Shown: one piece after another, positions 39,679 through 51,440 of the stretch | Numbering within the stretch: the stretch's first letter is position 1 | Layout of the letters: each line of letters starts with the position of its first letter | Source of the DNA: Phoronis australis | Taxonomy: Eukaryota; Animalia; Phoronida | Direction: 5' to 3' | DNA length: 64,000 bases | Assembly: GCA_002633005.1 (NCBI GenBank) | Contig: NMRA01000512.1 | Coordinates: forward strand, 190,540 to 254,539 | Notes under the pieces: generated by a model | The model's input: the letters and a program-made list of their open reading frames with translations, nothing else | What the model was told of the DNA's origin: nothing | The model's database searches: none | Translations under genes and position numbers: made by a program

Positions 39679-41628
39679 CGTGATGGTTTGCCGTCCAAGC
39701 GGCGTGAAATGGGCAAATCGTAACGCTTATCAATTTCATTCACTCGCCTTCCATGTTGGACACAGCGCGGCCAGGTGACGAAGAAGAAAACTAACGTAAG
39801 TAATACCTGACTACTACCCGTTAGCGATTGGCGATCAGCGTCCGGCAAGTGCCTCAACATGAAATGCTCAGCACTCGAGTCACAACGTTTTCTGAAAGTC
39901 GTAGCTTAGTTTAAAAACTGCATTTTGTATTCACGTAGGTAGAAAACAAAGATAGAAACTTGTTATCCACTTTTCCCCTGAGTTCATTGGCCGGTGTACC
40001 CATGCTACCGAGTTGGACAAAATCAGTGTTTTCAGTGGCGGAGGCCCAATGCCATGTATATGCCGAATATGCCCACATGTAGAATGCCATTTTTTTGGGC
40101 TGTTGAAAATTATTTCTGTTTCTCCGCGTGACATCACTATGTCCACAAGAGAAGACATGCATGTGGTTGACGTTCTATTTTATCTCTCTGTCGTGTTTAC
40201 TATGTTGCCGGGCATCTGTGATCTTTACTGAGTCAAGTGCTTTATCATTTGCGCCACCAGATTTTTCTTCTTGTTGTTCCCAAATTGTCTGTAAGCTTTG
40301 CCTTAATCGGGTGTAACTGCTTTTTCGGCTGATACACCTATCTTATAGTGCTATATAGTGTATACTCCAACGGTGAGTAGACTGAGACGAAGATCGGAGA
40401 CATTGGTTTTCTAAAATCGTTCCACGAAAGTAATTACAATACATACATGTAGTAAAAAGTAAGTGTTATAAAAGTATCGGAAGTACTGGCTTTAAAAGCC
40501 AATTTTTTAATGTTGAGAGCATTTCAAAATACAACGAGTGTTTGAAAATAAGTACACTACTTGAATATGAACGTGTGAATCATTTCTCGCTTACACTGGT
40601 CACCGCTCAGATTCCCTTAGCCCCAGACCACTTTTATGATGTCTATTCAGCACGCCCTTTGTATTGATGTATATCTGATGTAATAAAGTGGAAAGGTAAT
40701 AGCAGCAAAATTGTCTCAACAATGGTAGTTGTTATCACACCCAAGTTGATTTGCTCTGCCATTTGATCCTGATAAAGGCAGCTGATAAGGATGAGCGGTG
40801 AAAATTCCTGCACATCTTTAGAAATGCGTTACTTTCTTGTAAGCGTATTATTCATGGTATAAAGATCATACTCGAATTTAAGCATTAAACTGTTCTTAAT
40901 TGAAATGCGAGTCCAGAAATTAAATGCACGCATACAGTAATAGAAACACTTCTGCGCCCAGCACAAAAACGATATAGGGGCTGCGTGAGATTCNGAAGGC
41001 GGGCCTCCGAAATGGAACTGTGCCTCATGAGATGGGATTTTTTTATGGCCGACTTACCTTAAGGAGATTCTTGGTATCTTACCAACAATAAGATATAATT
41101 TTAAAACTTTGTCAGCGTTATAGTTTTCTATTGGCGACAGGTTGTAGGTAGGGGAGAGGTATGGGTTGATCTTTCAGGGCCTTGAAAACCATAACAACTA
41201 ATTCCGGTTGAATCCGTATTGCAGACAATACCGGTTTTCAGAAGACTAACATCAGTCTTTTTTGTTAACCGCAGGGGTCAATCTTATGTCCAATGTCACG
41301 ACGCAGTGAATGATCTATTTCGATGAGAATGAATGCACTACTGCAAACATGCATCGACTCAAAATTGTAGGCAAAAAAAAATAAAACCCATCGTAGCGTT
41401 TTGATCAATTTTTATCGTATTTCTTCTACTAAGGACGAATTCAATACTAACTTTTCACGTGGAATATTCCAGAGGCCAAACGCGTTAAAAATATCATTTT
41501 GTATCCTTTGCATTTGAGGCCAGCAGTATTTTATTGCCGTCGGGATGAACAACGCAATAGGAACTTAAATGAAATTTCGTGGCGGCACGGGCGGACGGCA
41601 ACATCGGTTTTCTCAGTTGAGGTCTATA

Positions 41629-41836
41629 CAGTGGCGGATCTAGGATACCATAAGGGAGGCCAAACATGTTGTCTTGGGCAAAGCACACGCGGCCCGAAAA
41701 TTGCGGGGTATGTGGACCTCCTGTTCAGAAAATCTATCGGTGAACTAAAAAAATAAAAGAAATAAATAAACACAAAAAAATCGAACACGGTACTGCCGTG
41801 ACCTGACTGCCTCCCCCCCCCCTTAATCTGCCTATG
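41629..41836. mobile_element. MITE with 6-bp TSD
   Basis: Ends CAGTGGCGGATCTAGG / CCTTAATCTGCCTATG; TCTATA on both sides. Confidence 0.7.
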
Positions 41837-43649
41837 TCTATAGAAGCACTGAAGTTACCACTGAAAGGGCCCAGTTTCCTAATGGGTGCGTTTTCAAAAT
41901 GCCTTATAGATTTTCAATTGGCAAACTGAAAGAACACACATTGAAAGCAATGTTCGTGGAGAGATTGACTTGGCGCAAAAACAATGTTCTCGCTTTGACT
42001 GGTTGGACCTATAAGGACATACATGCACGATATTCAGTCCCACCCTGTAGGCCTACCATTCATTCCATGTTTTTTGCTTCTCACATCTATCTTTGTGGCT
42101 ACTGCCAGACAACATGGTGTTTGGATTTAGTGTAAATTGTCTTTCATCGCTAAAGATAAACGTTTGCCACTCTTTTTTCAGTTTTGTAGTTTCTCCGCTT
42201 TTACTATGTCTCTCGGCAAAAAAATTACAGGGCTTGTTTGCACGCTTAGAATACTCAGCAATCCATCGCGGTGCAATTGGCTCAGTGGTAAAGTGTCGAG
42301 TTGTGAATGCGGAGTTGGTGCGTTAGGATCAGCGGCATTACCACTGAAAATCAAATAATTACCTCATTTTTATTTTGTTGTTCAAGTGAGACTATTGAGG
42401 CGCGGTTCCAAAAAAGCAGCGATTTCTCCGCAAAATTTATGAACTAATGGAGACTATACCACTGGTCTTTCCCGACCAGTGCCCCTCAGGCTGGCTAAAT
42501 CCAGCTTCATTCGTTCGTGTAGAGTCTCAAGTTTGACAGCCTATCAAACTACATGCCATTGAGGAGTTTTTGAATTTGTGTTACAGCATGTCCGAAAAAA
42601 GTGAATTTGATTTCGAGGTGTTTGTTCTGCAGTTTGCCGAATACTCAGCTAAGTGTGTGTGTGTGTGTGTGCGTGATAGTGTATATTAATTGTACTTGCT
42701 GTATGTCCTGCTCTTGGTGGTCTGTCTCACTTTTTTAATTTTCCCGCCACTTCATCACATTGTCCAGCTTTTATTGACTACTATTTATTTTCAGATGCCT
42801 TACTTTTAGTATCTTCTATTTATTATTTTTTTATTATTTATTTTGTTTCATCAGTCTTTCCATGTTAGTTTTATATTCATCATTGGTTATTTAAATCTTG
42901 TCTTTCATTTGATAATTCTGTTTTTTGTCTTACTGTCTTTGTATGTTGTAATTGAGAGCTACATGGAAAGCAGTGAAAACTGATAGGGCTGCCCTCATCG
43001 TAAATATTACAAGTATGAACGCAACGGAATAAAGACCGTGAACAATGAAAAGTGTCGTGTATTCAACAAATTCTGTATAACAGAAAACTTGCTCCCGAAG
43101 TACAGTCAGTAAATATTACAATAAACAAATAAATAAATAAATAAACGGTGAAATTAACATATTATCATAAATAGGTCTATTGTAATTTCCCACAATACAT
43201 ATCCCTATTTTCCCGTTCGACTATGAAAAACGGGACTTTTGGGTTTTGGCGGCACCCGCTATTTCTCATTAAAGTCACTGAAAAAACGCCGTTGAGCACT
43301 TTTGGGTTTTACGTCTCCGGTTCCACAAAAGACGTCGTGGGGCGTTTACGCGTGTTAAGGAGAACATTCCACCCTTTAGTTTAGAACCAGATATCGCGCT
43401 TTTTGTCCGTAAGTTCCGGTTTTCAATCCAGTTGCCCCATCTTTTCAATGTTAAACATGATACCATGCAACAGGTGTTACAACACTCCTCGTTATGAATA
43501 TTGTAGTATTTTCCAGAAACCGCTCTAGTTTCTTTAACATAACAATCATAAAAATGTGTTCCAATGTCTTTGGTCTACAGTATATGATGATATCACGATC
43601 ACTAATTTTTTACTAGTATGGACTAAGTCTAGTAAGCGCTGAACCAACG

Positions 43650-43840
43650 CAATGGCGGGAGCAAAGACATCTACGGGCGGGAGTTATTTGGTGCAGGCGA
43701 ACGAACGTAGGGAAGTGACCAAAGTACGCATGCGTCAAGAGATGTGTCGTCTGCTAACTCGCTTTCCCGCCCCGACTGATTCAGAGGTGTTGGTATTTGG
43801 CGTTTACCTGTTTACTGATATTGTAGAAAGCAACCAACAG
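43650..43840 (+). promoter_or_regulatory. Probable PRDM9 promoter and non-coding first exon
   Basis: CpG-rich patch with GGCGGGA x2 (43654, 43676), GGAAGTG (43711), ACGCATGCGT (43726), TTTCCCGCC (43763) and candidate donor cag|gttagc at 43840/43841. Confidence 0.5.
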
Positions 43841-44605
43841 GTTAGCGCCTTTAGCGTACTTATCCAGCAATATCTACTCTGATGGTGCAACTAAAGCCGA
43901 ACATTGTGTTGTCATTAATTTTGTCTAATCAAATCGAATCTCGAAAAAGTAATGTTGCCTGTTGGCTAAAGCTTTCGACCAAAAAAAGTCTGCGTAGCCT
44001 ATAGCTTAACCTGTTTTACGAAACCCAGGCTGTTTATAATCAGATAAGATTGAAACTTTTTATCTACAAACAAAACTGAAAAGCAATTCGACAAGTTTGA
44101 GAAAGAGCCGAGGCCGCAACTTACCTGGTTTGCCCTTTGTCATTGGCTTGGGGCAAAAGCTGAACTGTAAATTAAATGTGATGGATTTCAATGGTGTCTG
44201 GGGCCTTTTTCTCTTTTGGCCTTATTAAAACATGTTGGGCACTGGTTGGATAAAGCGGTCCCTGATTAGTGGTTTTGAGAACCAGTTTCATCCACTGAAT
44301 AACAGGCCGTTATTCTCAAAACCAGGGACCGGTATATCCGACCAGTGCCACATGTTGTCCCTTAGCAGACTGAATTTCTGTCTTACTTGGAGTTGTAGAG
44401 AAATTTTCTGATTTTCAGTCTTTGTAGCCTTTTGATAATATATGTGAAATGGGGTTGCAATACCAATGGCAGATTTAGAGGGGGCCACGCCCCCCCTAAA
44501 ATTACTCAGAATCCTGGATCCGCCCCTGGGTAGAGCCAGTAGACTCCTCTACAAGCAGGTCCCTGGCGTTTTGTCATTTTTCATTCTTCCAGTACTTCTT
44601 AGAAC

Positions 44606-44765
44606 ATGCACCAGCCATCTTCCGATTTCGATGATTTGGCCTTCGTGGACATGGAGGTAGATCTTGACAAGTACTTCACCAAAACCGAGTTGGCTGCTAA
44701 AGGTGACTATGAAAAGAATCGACTTGAGAACCTTGTGCGAAATTACGAAGCTCTCAAAAGTTTAG
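44606..44765 (+). CDS. PRDM9: PRDM9 coding exon 1 (ancestral KRAB domain)
   Basis: MHQP..DLDKYFTKTELAAKGDYEKNRLENLVRNYEALKSLG resembles the PRDM9 KRAB (YFTKEEW..EKTRYRNVKRNY..L...G); acceptor ttccag at 44592; donor G|gtaagg. Confidence 0.88.
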
Positions 44766-45131
44766 GTAAGGTAACACTTTTGAAGTAATCAAAATGCGAT
44801 AGTTTGTTATCCATCTCTGTCTGTAGCCTTAATGCAAAGCTGTATAAATTAATCATAATAAAGTTATAAAACGTATGGTGTCATAATATTCTTTGATTAC
44901 CATTTAGTTTTATTTCTATTACCAATAAGATGTACAGTTTCTAACCACTTGGCCTAGGTTAAAATAGCCTGCAATTGTCTTGGTTACTGTTTTCTGCCAC
45001 CTACCGCTGGTATAGTACTTGGAATAGCTCAGGGTAGATATATGGCAAGACAGTCTCAGACTGGTTATTCAGTGATTAGCACGAATTGTTATTGTTATTG
45101 TGATCATGTTTACTTTTATACCACCTGCTAG

Positions 45132-45278
45132 GTTTTACACCATCCCATCCCCCTTTTATGGACAAACGTGTAAGAAGCCGAATGGAGAAACAGGGGTTGT
45201 GGTCTCAAAGTCAACATAGTGGGAGTAATGACGACATTGAATGGAGGCCTACCACCAGTAGAAAGAGACCAAAAGCTG
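45132..45278 (+). CDS. PRDM9: PRDM9 coding exon 2 (KRAB C-terminal part)
   Basis: ctag|GFTPSHPPFMDKR..NDDIEWRP..KA|gtagga; carries the PxFM and D-x-EWxP motifs seen in PRDM9. Confidence 0.85.
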
Positions 45279-45541
45279 GTAGGACAGCGCAACACGGGTT
45301 AATTGTATCCTTTAACTTTTATAAAATTACAGTACAAAGTTGCGTCATTGATACATAAACGATTTATTTTGAACAGCACTGTTGTTTTTCCTTCGTCATC
45401 TTGCTGCGCGCATGTGTCAGCCATGCTTTAAGCAGTCGCGTTCTGTGTACCAATGGTTTTTTGCAGGGTTAAGGGAGATCATGTCAACGCTGGGGAGTGT
45501 TTCACATGTATGCTAGCAAGGGGACATAATCCCAACTTACT

Positions 45542-47440
45542 TGCGCTGAAATCTTGGGCTACATGTTTAGAGATACTAATGAAGTAAAGGGAATTAATTG
45601 TGTCACTAGAGAGGTACAAATTCTATAGTGTGCTGATGATGCAACAATTGTAACAGGTGGTACTGACCAATCAGTCAAAAACGTTCTGGATCTCTCGATC
45701 AGTTTGCTACGTATTCAGGTCTTAAACCCGATATTTAAAAGACTGAGTGTATATGGATTGGAACCAGGAAGTATGATACCTGGATATCTGATTTGAAATG
45801 GTCATGGGGATTAAATTTAGTGTAATTCTAGACATGATTGATTTGAATGCAAAAACGTATTGATATTCAGAATGTCTTATGCTCTTGGTCCTAAAGATAC
45901 CTCGGTGTTCTGGGAAAATTTGTCTGGTGAAATCTTTAGTATTGCAAAAGCTTACACATCTATTCTTAAGTCTCCCATCATCAAAGGACGATTTTATCAA
46001 GCAGCTGGAGAAAATGTTTTTTAGTTTATTTGGAGTAACAAAAAAGATGAAATTTCTCGTAGGACAGTGGTTCATTTAGTTTCCTTCATTAAAGCTCCTA
46101 AAGTAAGATGGTTAAAAAAGATTATAGATGGACAGAATAATTTGGCCTGGATAGATATTTGGCTGAATTCAAGTCAATTTGACATTGAAAAGATGTTCAA
46201 TGGAGGAAGTATTTTTTTTTAAATCTGGTAGCCCATTCCACAGAAAATCCTTTTTGGGATGATGTGTTTTTTCGGCATTTGAGTTTGGTTCGATATGAAA
46301 TGAGGTCAAAGAAGCGGACATCATACTGTCCCTTCCTTTATGGTATAACACAAAGGTTGCAATTGGAGGAAAACCATTATCTTACCCTACTTGGAATGAA
46401 AAGGGTGTGAGATTCTTAGGTGATTTGTTTGACGAAAATGGAAATTTCGTGTCATACATCAGCTTTGAAGAAAAATTTGGTTTTAAACCCGTTTTTTTAC
46501 ACGCTATTGAGGACTGACAAATTGCTTTAAATTAACTTTCAAAAGTATATCATTTTCTTTCAAGTGCAAAAGTCTCAACCATTTATTCCACAATTCTGGC
46601 AATTATTGGTGAAAAATTCAAAAGGTACTCAGGATATATATGATATTTTTCTATCAACTTTGTTTCAAAAACCAAAAGTATTACAGAAAATGGGAAAATA
46701 TTTTTGGTTTTGCAAGAGCAATGACAGAATGGAAGTTATGTTTCTAAACTTCTGTTTGTTTGGACTTCAAATGTTAGACTCTGATAGTTCCAAATGAGAT
46801 TTTTACATAGAATTTTAGTAACAAATAACTTTTTAATGCAAGTTGGTATTTCTACAACTGGCCAATATACCTTTTGTAGGAATGAACCTAAAAGTTTAGA
46901 ACATTTATTTTGGGGTTGCACTTTTGTTAAGTCTTTTTGGAAAAAAATAGTTTAATATTATTATCACACAAAAACATTTAAAAAAAATAATTGCAGGTGG
47001 TCTGATTCACGTTGTACCAGACGTGCGCAGGCCTCGCATGTGGGCCCATTGCACTGATCACCTGGAAATATTTTTATGCTTTATTAATATATGGTTAAAA
47101 CCGAGCTGAGGAGCAAGAAACCTGGCTCAAGGGTTTGGCAGTGTGACCTGGTGGGATTTGAACCCACGACTTCGAGTAAAGAAAGCGGGCACTTATCAAC
47201 CGGGCCACACTGCCTCCTCCACAAAAACATTGATATATTTATAGATTTTCAGACTGTTATATTTGGTGAAAAGCAAATGAACTGTTGAATCTTATAGTTC
47301 TTTTGGCCAAAAAGCATATATACTGTAAAAAGCTGAAAATAGAACCTTTATCTATAACACTTTTCAAAAAAGAATTAGAAGTTTGTTTCACATTATAAAA
47401 ATTTAATTATGATTGTAAAAATGGATTCGGAGACCTATTT
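45542..47440 (+). mobile_element. Decayed 5'-truncated Tx1/L1-clade non-LTR retrotransposon (ORF2 pseudogene) in a PRDM9 intron
   Basis: Frameshifted remnants CAEILG..KGI, CADDAT (YADD), SGLK..KTECIWIG, GKICLVKSL, PLWYN..W.EKGV..LGDL, LHRILVTN, FC..ESL-like EHLFWGC..VKSFW; many stops. Confidence 0.85.
46995..47220 (-). mobile_element. tRNA-derived SINE-like repeat inserted in the Tx1 remnant
   Basis: Minus-strand B-box-like GGTTCAAATCCC; body shared with 3367-3561 (cgcatgtgggcccattgcact..tttatgctttattaat). Confidence 0.7.
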
Positions 47441-47831
47441 TTCCAAATGTGGTCTGTTTTTTTTTACTCTTTAAAAAGAAATAAAGATGAGAAAAGTACA
47501 TTTGGTGTTTTGGTTTGTGAAATAATTGGGTTTTCAGCGATTTCAATAGTTTATTACCCTTTTTAGGCAGTAGGGGCAATAAACATGGTAATTACGCATG
47601 GTCTGGCAATGGAACTTAACACCACCAGGTAATTTGTGTAGGCGTGAAATCACATGTTACCGTCCGAAAATGAGGCGAGGTTTTTTGGGTCGGTCTGTCA
47701 TGACCAAAATGTGATATATTGTGGTGACCTGGGATTTTTACCAAGTCGCCAAGCGAACTCTGAGGCTTTATTGGAGATCGAGTGGCCACAACGAGCCCTT
47801 CATCATTTTAGTTTTTGTATTTTGTTTTCAG

Positions 47832-47878
47832 CCTCAAAACCTTTGTCAACATCTAATCCTCGTCACAAGAAAGACCCG
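47832..47878 (+). CDS. PRDM9: PRDM9 coding exon 3 (linker)
   Basis: Strong polypyrimidine acceptor ttttcag|ASKPLSTSNPRHKKDP|gtaata; phases fit neighbours; no conserved motif. Confidence 0.65.
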
Positions 47879-47984
47879 GTAATACATGGAGTCTGTTCCA
47901 GTAATTGCAATAGTTTTTCATCTGTGGAAAATGAATTATCTCATAGCAGTCCTATTGTTTTGCTCTAAGTTGATGTCTGTTTGA

Positions 47985-48290
47985 TGTTCTTGCTTTGTGT
48001 TGTTGAATTGTTTGTTGGTGTTGCTGTTGGTGTTGTTGGTTGTTGTTAGTGTTGTTGGTACTGTGTCAGTGTTATTAGAGATGACAAGGCTTTGTTGTAG
48101 TATTTTTGTTACTAGTGTTCCTTGCATTTTTGTTGTTCCATTTATTTTTGTTATTGTTCTTCGTATTTTTGTTATAATTGTTCTTTGTAATTTTGTTGTT
48201 CTTGTTCTTTGTATTTTTTGTTGTTCTTCTTTTACTGTTGTTGTTATTGTTATTTGTATTTTTGTTGTTATTGCTCTTTGTTTTTTGACT
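47985..48290. repeat. Degenerate (GTT)n low-complexity tract in a PRDM9 intron
   Basis: ttg/gtt-rich; source of the N/K/T-rich and V/L-rich spurious ORFs. Confidence 0.9.
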
Positions 48291-48396
48291 CTGCATGAAT
48301 CACAACATATACAATGTTCATACTGATGGTCTGTCCAAATTAGTGTATTCCTTGAGCCTTCAGTATCCAAGTCAAAGTGTAATTTGTCTGCCACAG

Positions 48397-48484
48397 GTTC
48401 ATGCCCATCAGGATTGTAAGAAGTCTTTCAGCCATCAGACTGTGAAAGGACCTAAGCGAAGAAAGAATGCACAGATTAATACAG
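48397..48484 (+). CDS. PRDM9: PRDM9 coding exon 4 (linker with basic NLS-like PKRRK)
   Basis: ccacag|VHAHQDCKKSFSHQTVKGPKRRKNAQINT|gtttgg; phases fit. Confidence 0.65.
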
Positions 48485-48641
48485 GTTTGGAACTTGTTGG
48501 TGGCGTAAATGTTTCTACTTTTTCGACTTAGCGAATTCTGAATATTGTGTACCATACTTTCCTTAGAACAAGTGTAGGTGGTAGTCATGGTTGAATTGTT
48601 TAATTTGACCTTGATTCCCTGTATTGAGTTCTCCATTTCAG

Positions 48642-48746
48642 AACCTGAGAGCTCTCCAGGTGGTATCAAGCAATATCCGAAGCGCATTAAAGCTCGCGGT
48701 AAAAACTACAGAGAGCTGGAACATCCTGATGATGACTACTATTTGT
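48642..48746 (+). CDS. PRDM9: PRDM9 coding exon 5 (SSXRD)
   Basis: tttcag|EPESSPGGIKQYPKRIKARGKNYRELEHPDDDYYL|gtaagt; resembles SSXRD [23 protein letters not shown]. Confidence 0.88.
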
Positions 48747-49826
48747 GTAAGTGTTAAGGTAATGTGCGATAATGGCACAACTATTATACACACGCTTTTT
48801 GATGACTTTAGTCTACAGTAAATTTAAGGATATGTTGAACCCTAAGAATCGTCCATATTTGACCTGCTTTGGAAATGCCTTCTCAGAAATGACTGACCAA
48901 ACTCATTTTGGACTCCATGTCGTGAACACATCCACTAAAACAAGAAACTGTAGGAACACCTCATTTATCCACCTTCACTCTTATCAGGCTTCTATTGTGA
49001 GTCAGCATGCGTGAATAATTGGCTGATAAGCCACCTCTGGAACTACTTTTGGCTGAATGGATGACTTGGCCATAAAATGATAATTAGCCAAGACCAGTTA
49101 CAATAATGCATCAAAGAATAATTGTCTTGCATCACCTAGCCTTGGTGGAAAGCTGTATACTGTATTGGCTCAAACAAACGCTTAGAAAAAAAATTCATTT
49201 CACGGGGAGGGGACGCTTATTGTAGTGAGCCTACGGCAGTTGAAACCCGGTTTCCCAAACGGGTAAAATCGGAAGCTAGGATTCATCAAATTTATGCTCT
49301 GTGACGTATTTGTAGCCTATGACAGCCTTTCTACAAAATTGTGGTGCATTGCTATCAACTTCCATTGTTAAATTACGATAATTTNACACACGCTTTTTGA
49401 TGACTTTAGTCTACAGTAAATTTAAGGATATGTTGAACCCTAAGAATCGTCCATATTTGACCTGCTTTGGAAATGCCTTCTCAGAAATGACGGACCAAAC
49501 TCATTTTGGACTCCCTATATTCAGACTATTAGGGAGTAATAAACTAATTATCCTCTCAGCCAGAACCCCATAAATCCTTTGTTAAGCTGTGGTTAGTTAC
49601 AGGATTCAACTTTTGACAGTTCACAAAGAACTGCTTTCACTAACCTTGTATGTCAATTTCAAAAGGCCTACTGTGTGTGAACTATGCAAAATTGTAAGCC
49701 ACTGTCATGTCGTGAACACATCCACTAGCACAAGAAACTGTAGGAACACTGCATTTATTCACCTTCACTCTTATCAGGATTCTAGTGAGTCAGCATGCGT
49801 GAATAATTGGCTGATAAGCCACCTAT

Positions 49827-51440
49827 AGACCCAAATTACGCCGACAGGAGGCGCGTTCCAAAATGAGGCTCGCTACGATTGCTCTGTTGGCTTATCGGCA
49901 TACTCAGGGTTGTATTCTGCATTGGTCGGACGGGCTAGAAAAATAAGGACACTCAACTGTGTGTTTTACAATCCCTAAGGACGTTGCGATTTGAAAGTGT
50001 TGGGTCATTGCCATTAACACAGCGACGAAGGAAAACATGTCCATGTAAAATTTAAATGTTTTCGAAAAGTTAGATCTTATTTTGTCGCATCGTAGCATCG
50101 ACCGAAGAATATTCGGCCAGCCAGGCTGTGTTTTCACCCGGTTGAAAGATGGTGTATTTTTCTTTCCAAAAAGGACAGGGCCCTCAATCCCTCGATTTTG
50201 GGGCCAAATATCAGCCTTATTCCCCTCTCAAAAATATTGAAAAATTGCCCGAAATGCCCCGGCCCGGCCACAAGGCCTAAAAATTCCCATAGGGATAGAA
50301 AAGCTCTCTCCGAAGTTCAAATCACCTGTAACCACACAAGTGACAATTTGAAAGAGCACAAAATGCTACTTGAGAGAGCCTATGAGAGCTTGCAACAGGG
50401 CGCCAGGGGGTGCTACTGATGATGATCGGGAGGTAGATTTTTCCTCTCACTTCGCTTGGTGAAAAAATTCCCCTCTCTCAGAAGGCACAGGCACCTTTTC
50501 CCTTGGATGAACGAGGCCCCTGAAGAAACATGATAACTGTGCTTGCCCTGTCCAGTTAACTGAAATTGAGCTCTAAAACGAGGTTATGCTTTGGACGAAC
50601 GAATTAGGTGTTTTAATTTTAAAATTCAACTTGGTCCAGATTGATATTTGAAACCTAACACATAAAATAGATGTAAAAATTATTAAAACCAAGAAAGCAG
50701 AATTGGTGGTCAAATAATTACTTGTGAATGTGTGCAAGGGAGTGAATGAGAACCTGGATATAATGCCAAAGCGGGACTGTGCTTGTTATTTTTTTTTTCA
50801 AAATTTAAAACTTAAATGGTCAAATAATTTTTATTTTCAATTACGAGCCTTTTTTATTCTAATAAAAATATGATTAATAACATTAGTTATTCATTCAGAT
50901 CAATGAAAAATCTGTTAATCGCGGTAGTCCCTACCTCACCATTACCTAGGCTATGCTTGTTGTTAATATTCTTGATCAACAAATTAAACCAGATGTGACT
51001 AATTGCACATGACAGCAAAATGAGATGAGCCACCACTGTCGAATATATCTTCAACTCGTCAACAATACAAGCAGATAACCTGGTTAGTGTAGAAAGCATT
51101 TTTATCAAAGATTTGCAAGACGAAAGGTAACCCTACATCCAGCCTAATACCTAATCTGTAACATTATGATCGCCGCAGTTTGGTCGTATTTACTTTTCAT
51201 GTTTCGAACCTAGTTTTCCGAAAAAAAACATACTCTTTCGTCAGACAACTCTCTGGTGCAATTTGTTCTCTAATGTATTTTTCTACATCTCTGTGGTTAA
51301 TTATCATCACATTTTTAAGATTTAACATCCAGGTTGGACTCGAAAGACCAGCCATTTAACTCACGCAATGTCAACTTCTGCTTTGTTTATCACAGTGAGT
51401 CTCGCTTTGGATTTTAATGTTCGCCGCGTGAATTGAGTCT
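49827..51440. mobile_element. 1.6-kb non-autonomous TIR element flanked by AT dinucleotides (ISL2EU/Harbinger-like)
   Basis: Ends AGACCCAAATTACGCCG / CCGCGTGAATTGAGTCT (13/17 inverted match); empty site visible in the duplicate at ~49031-49043. Confidence 0.6.
50176..50522. mobile_element. MITE with near-perfect 5-bp TSD
   Basis: Ends CAGGGCCCTC / GAGGCCCCTG; flanks AAGGA/AAGAA. Confidence 0.65.

Noticed and set aside
47936-48394. ORFs of 152, 109 and 73 aa with T/K/N-rich or hydrophobic composition
   Set aside because: Artefacts of a (GTT)n tract inside a PRDM9 intron.
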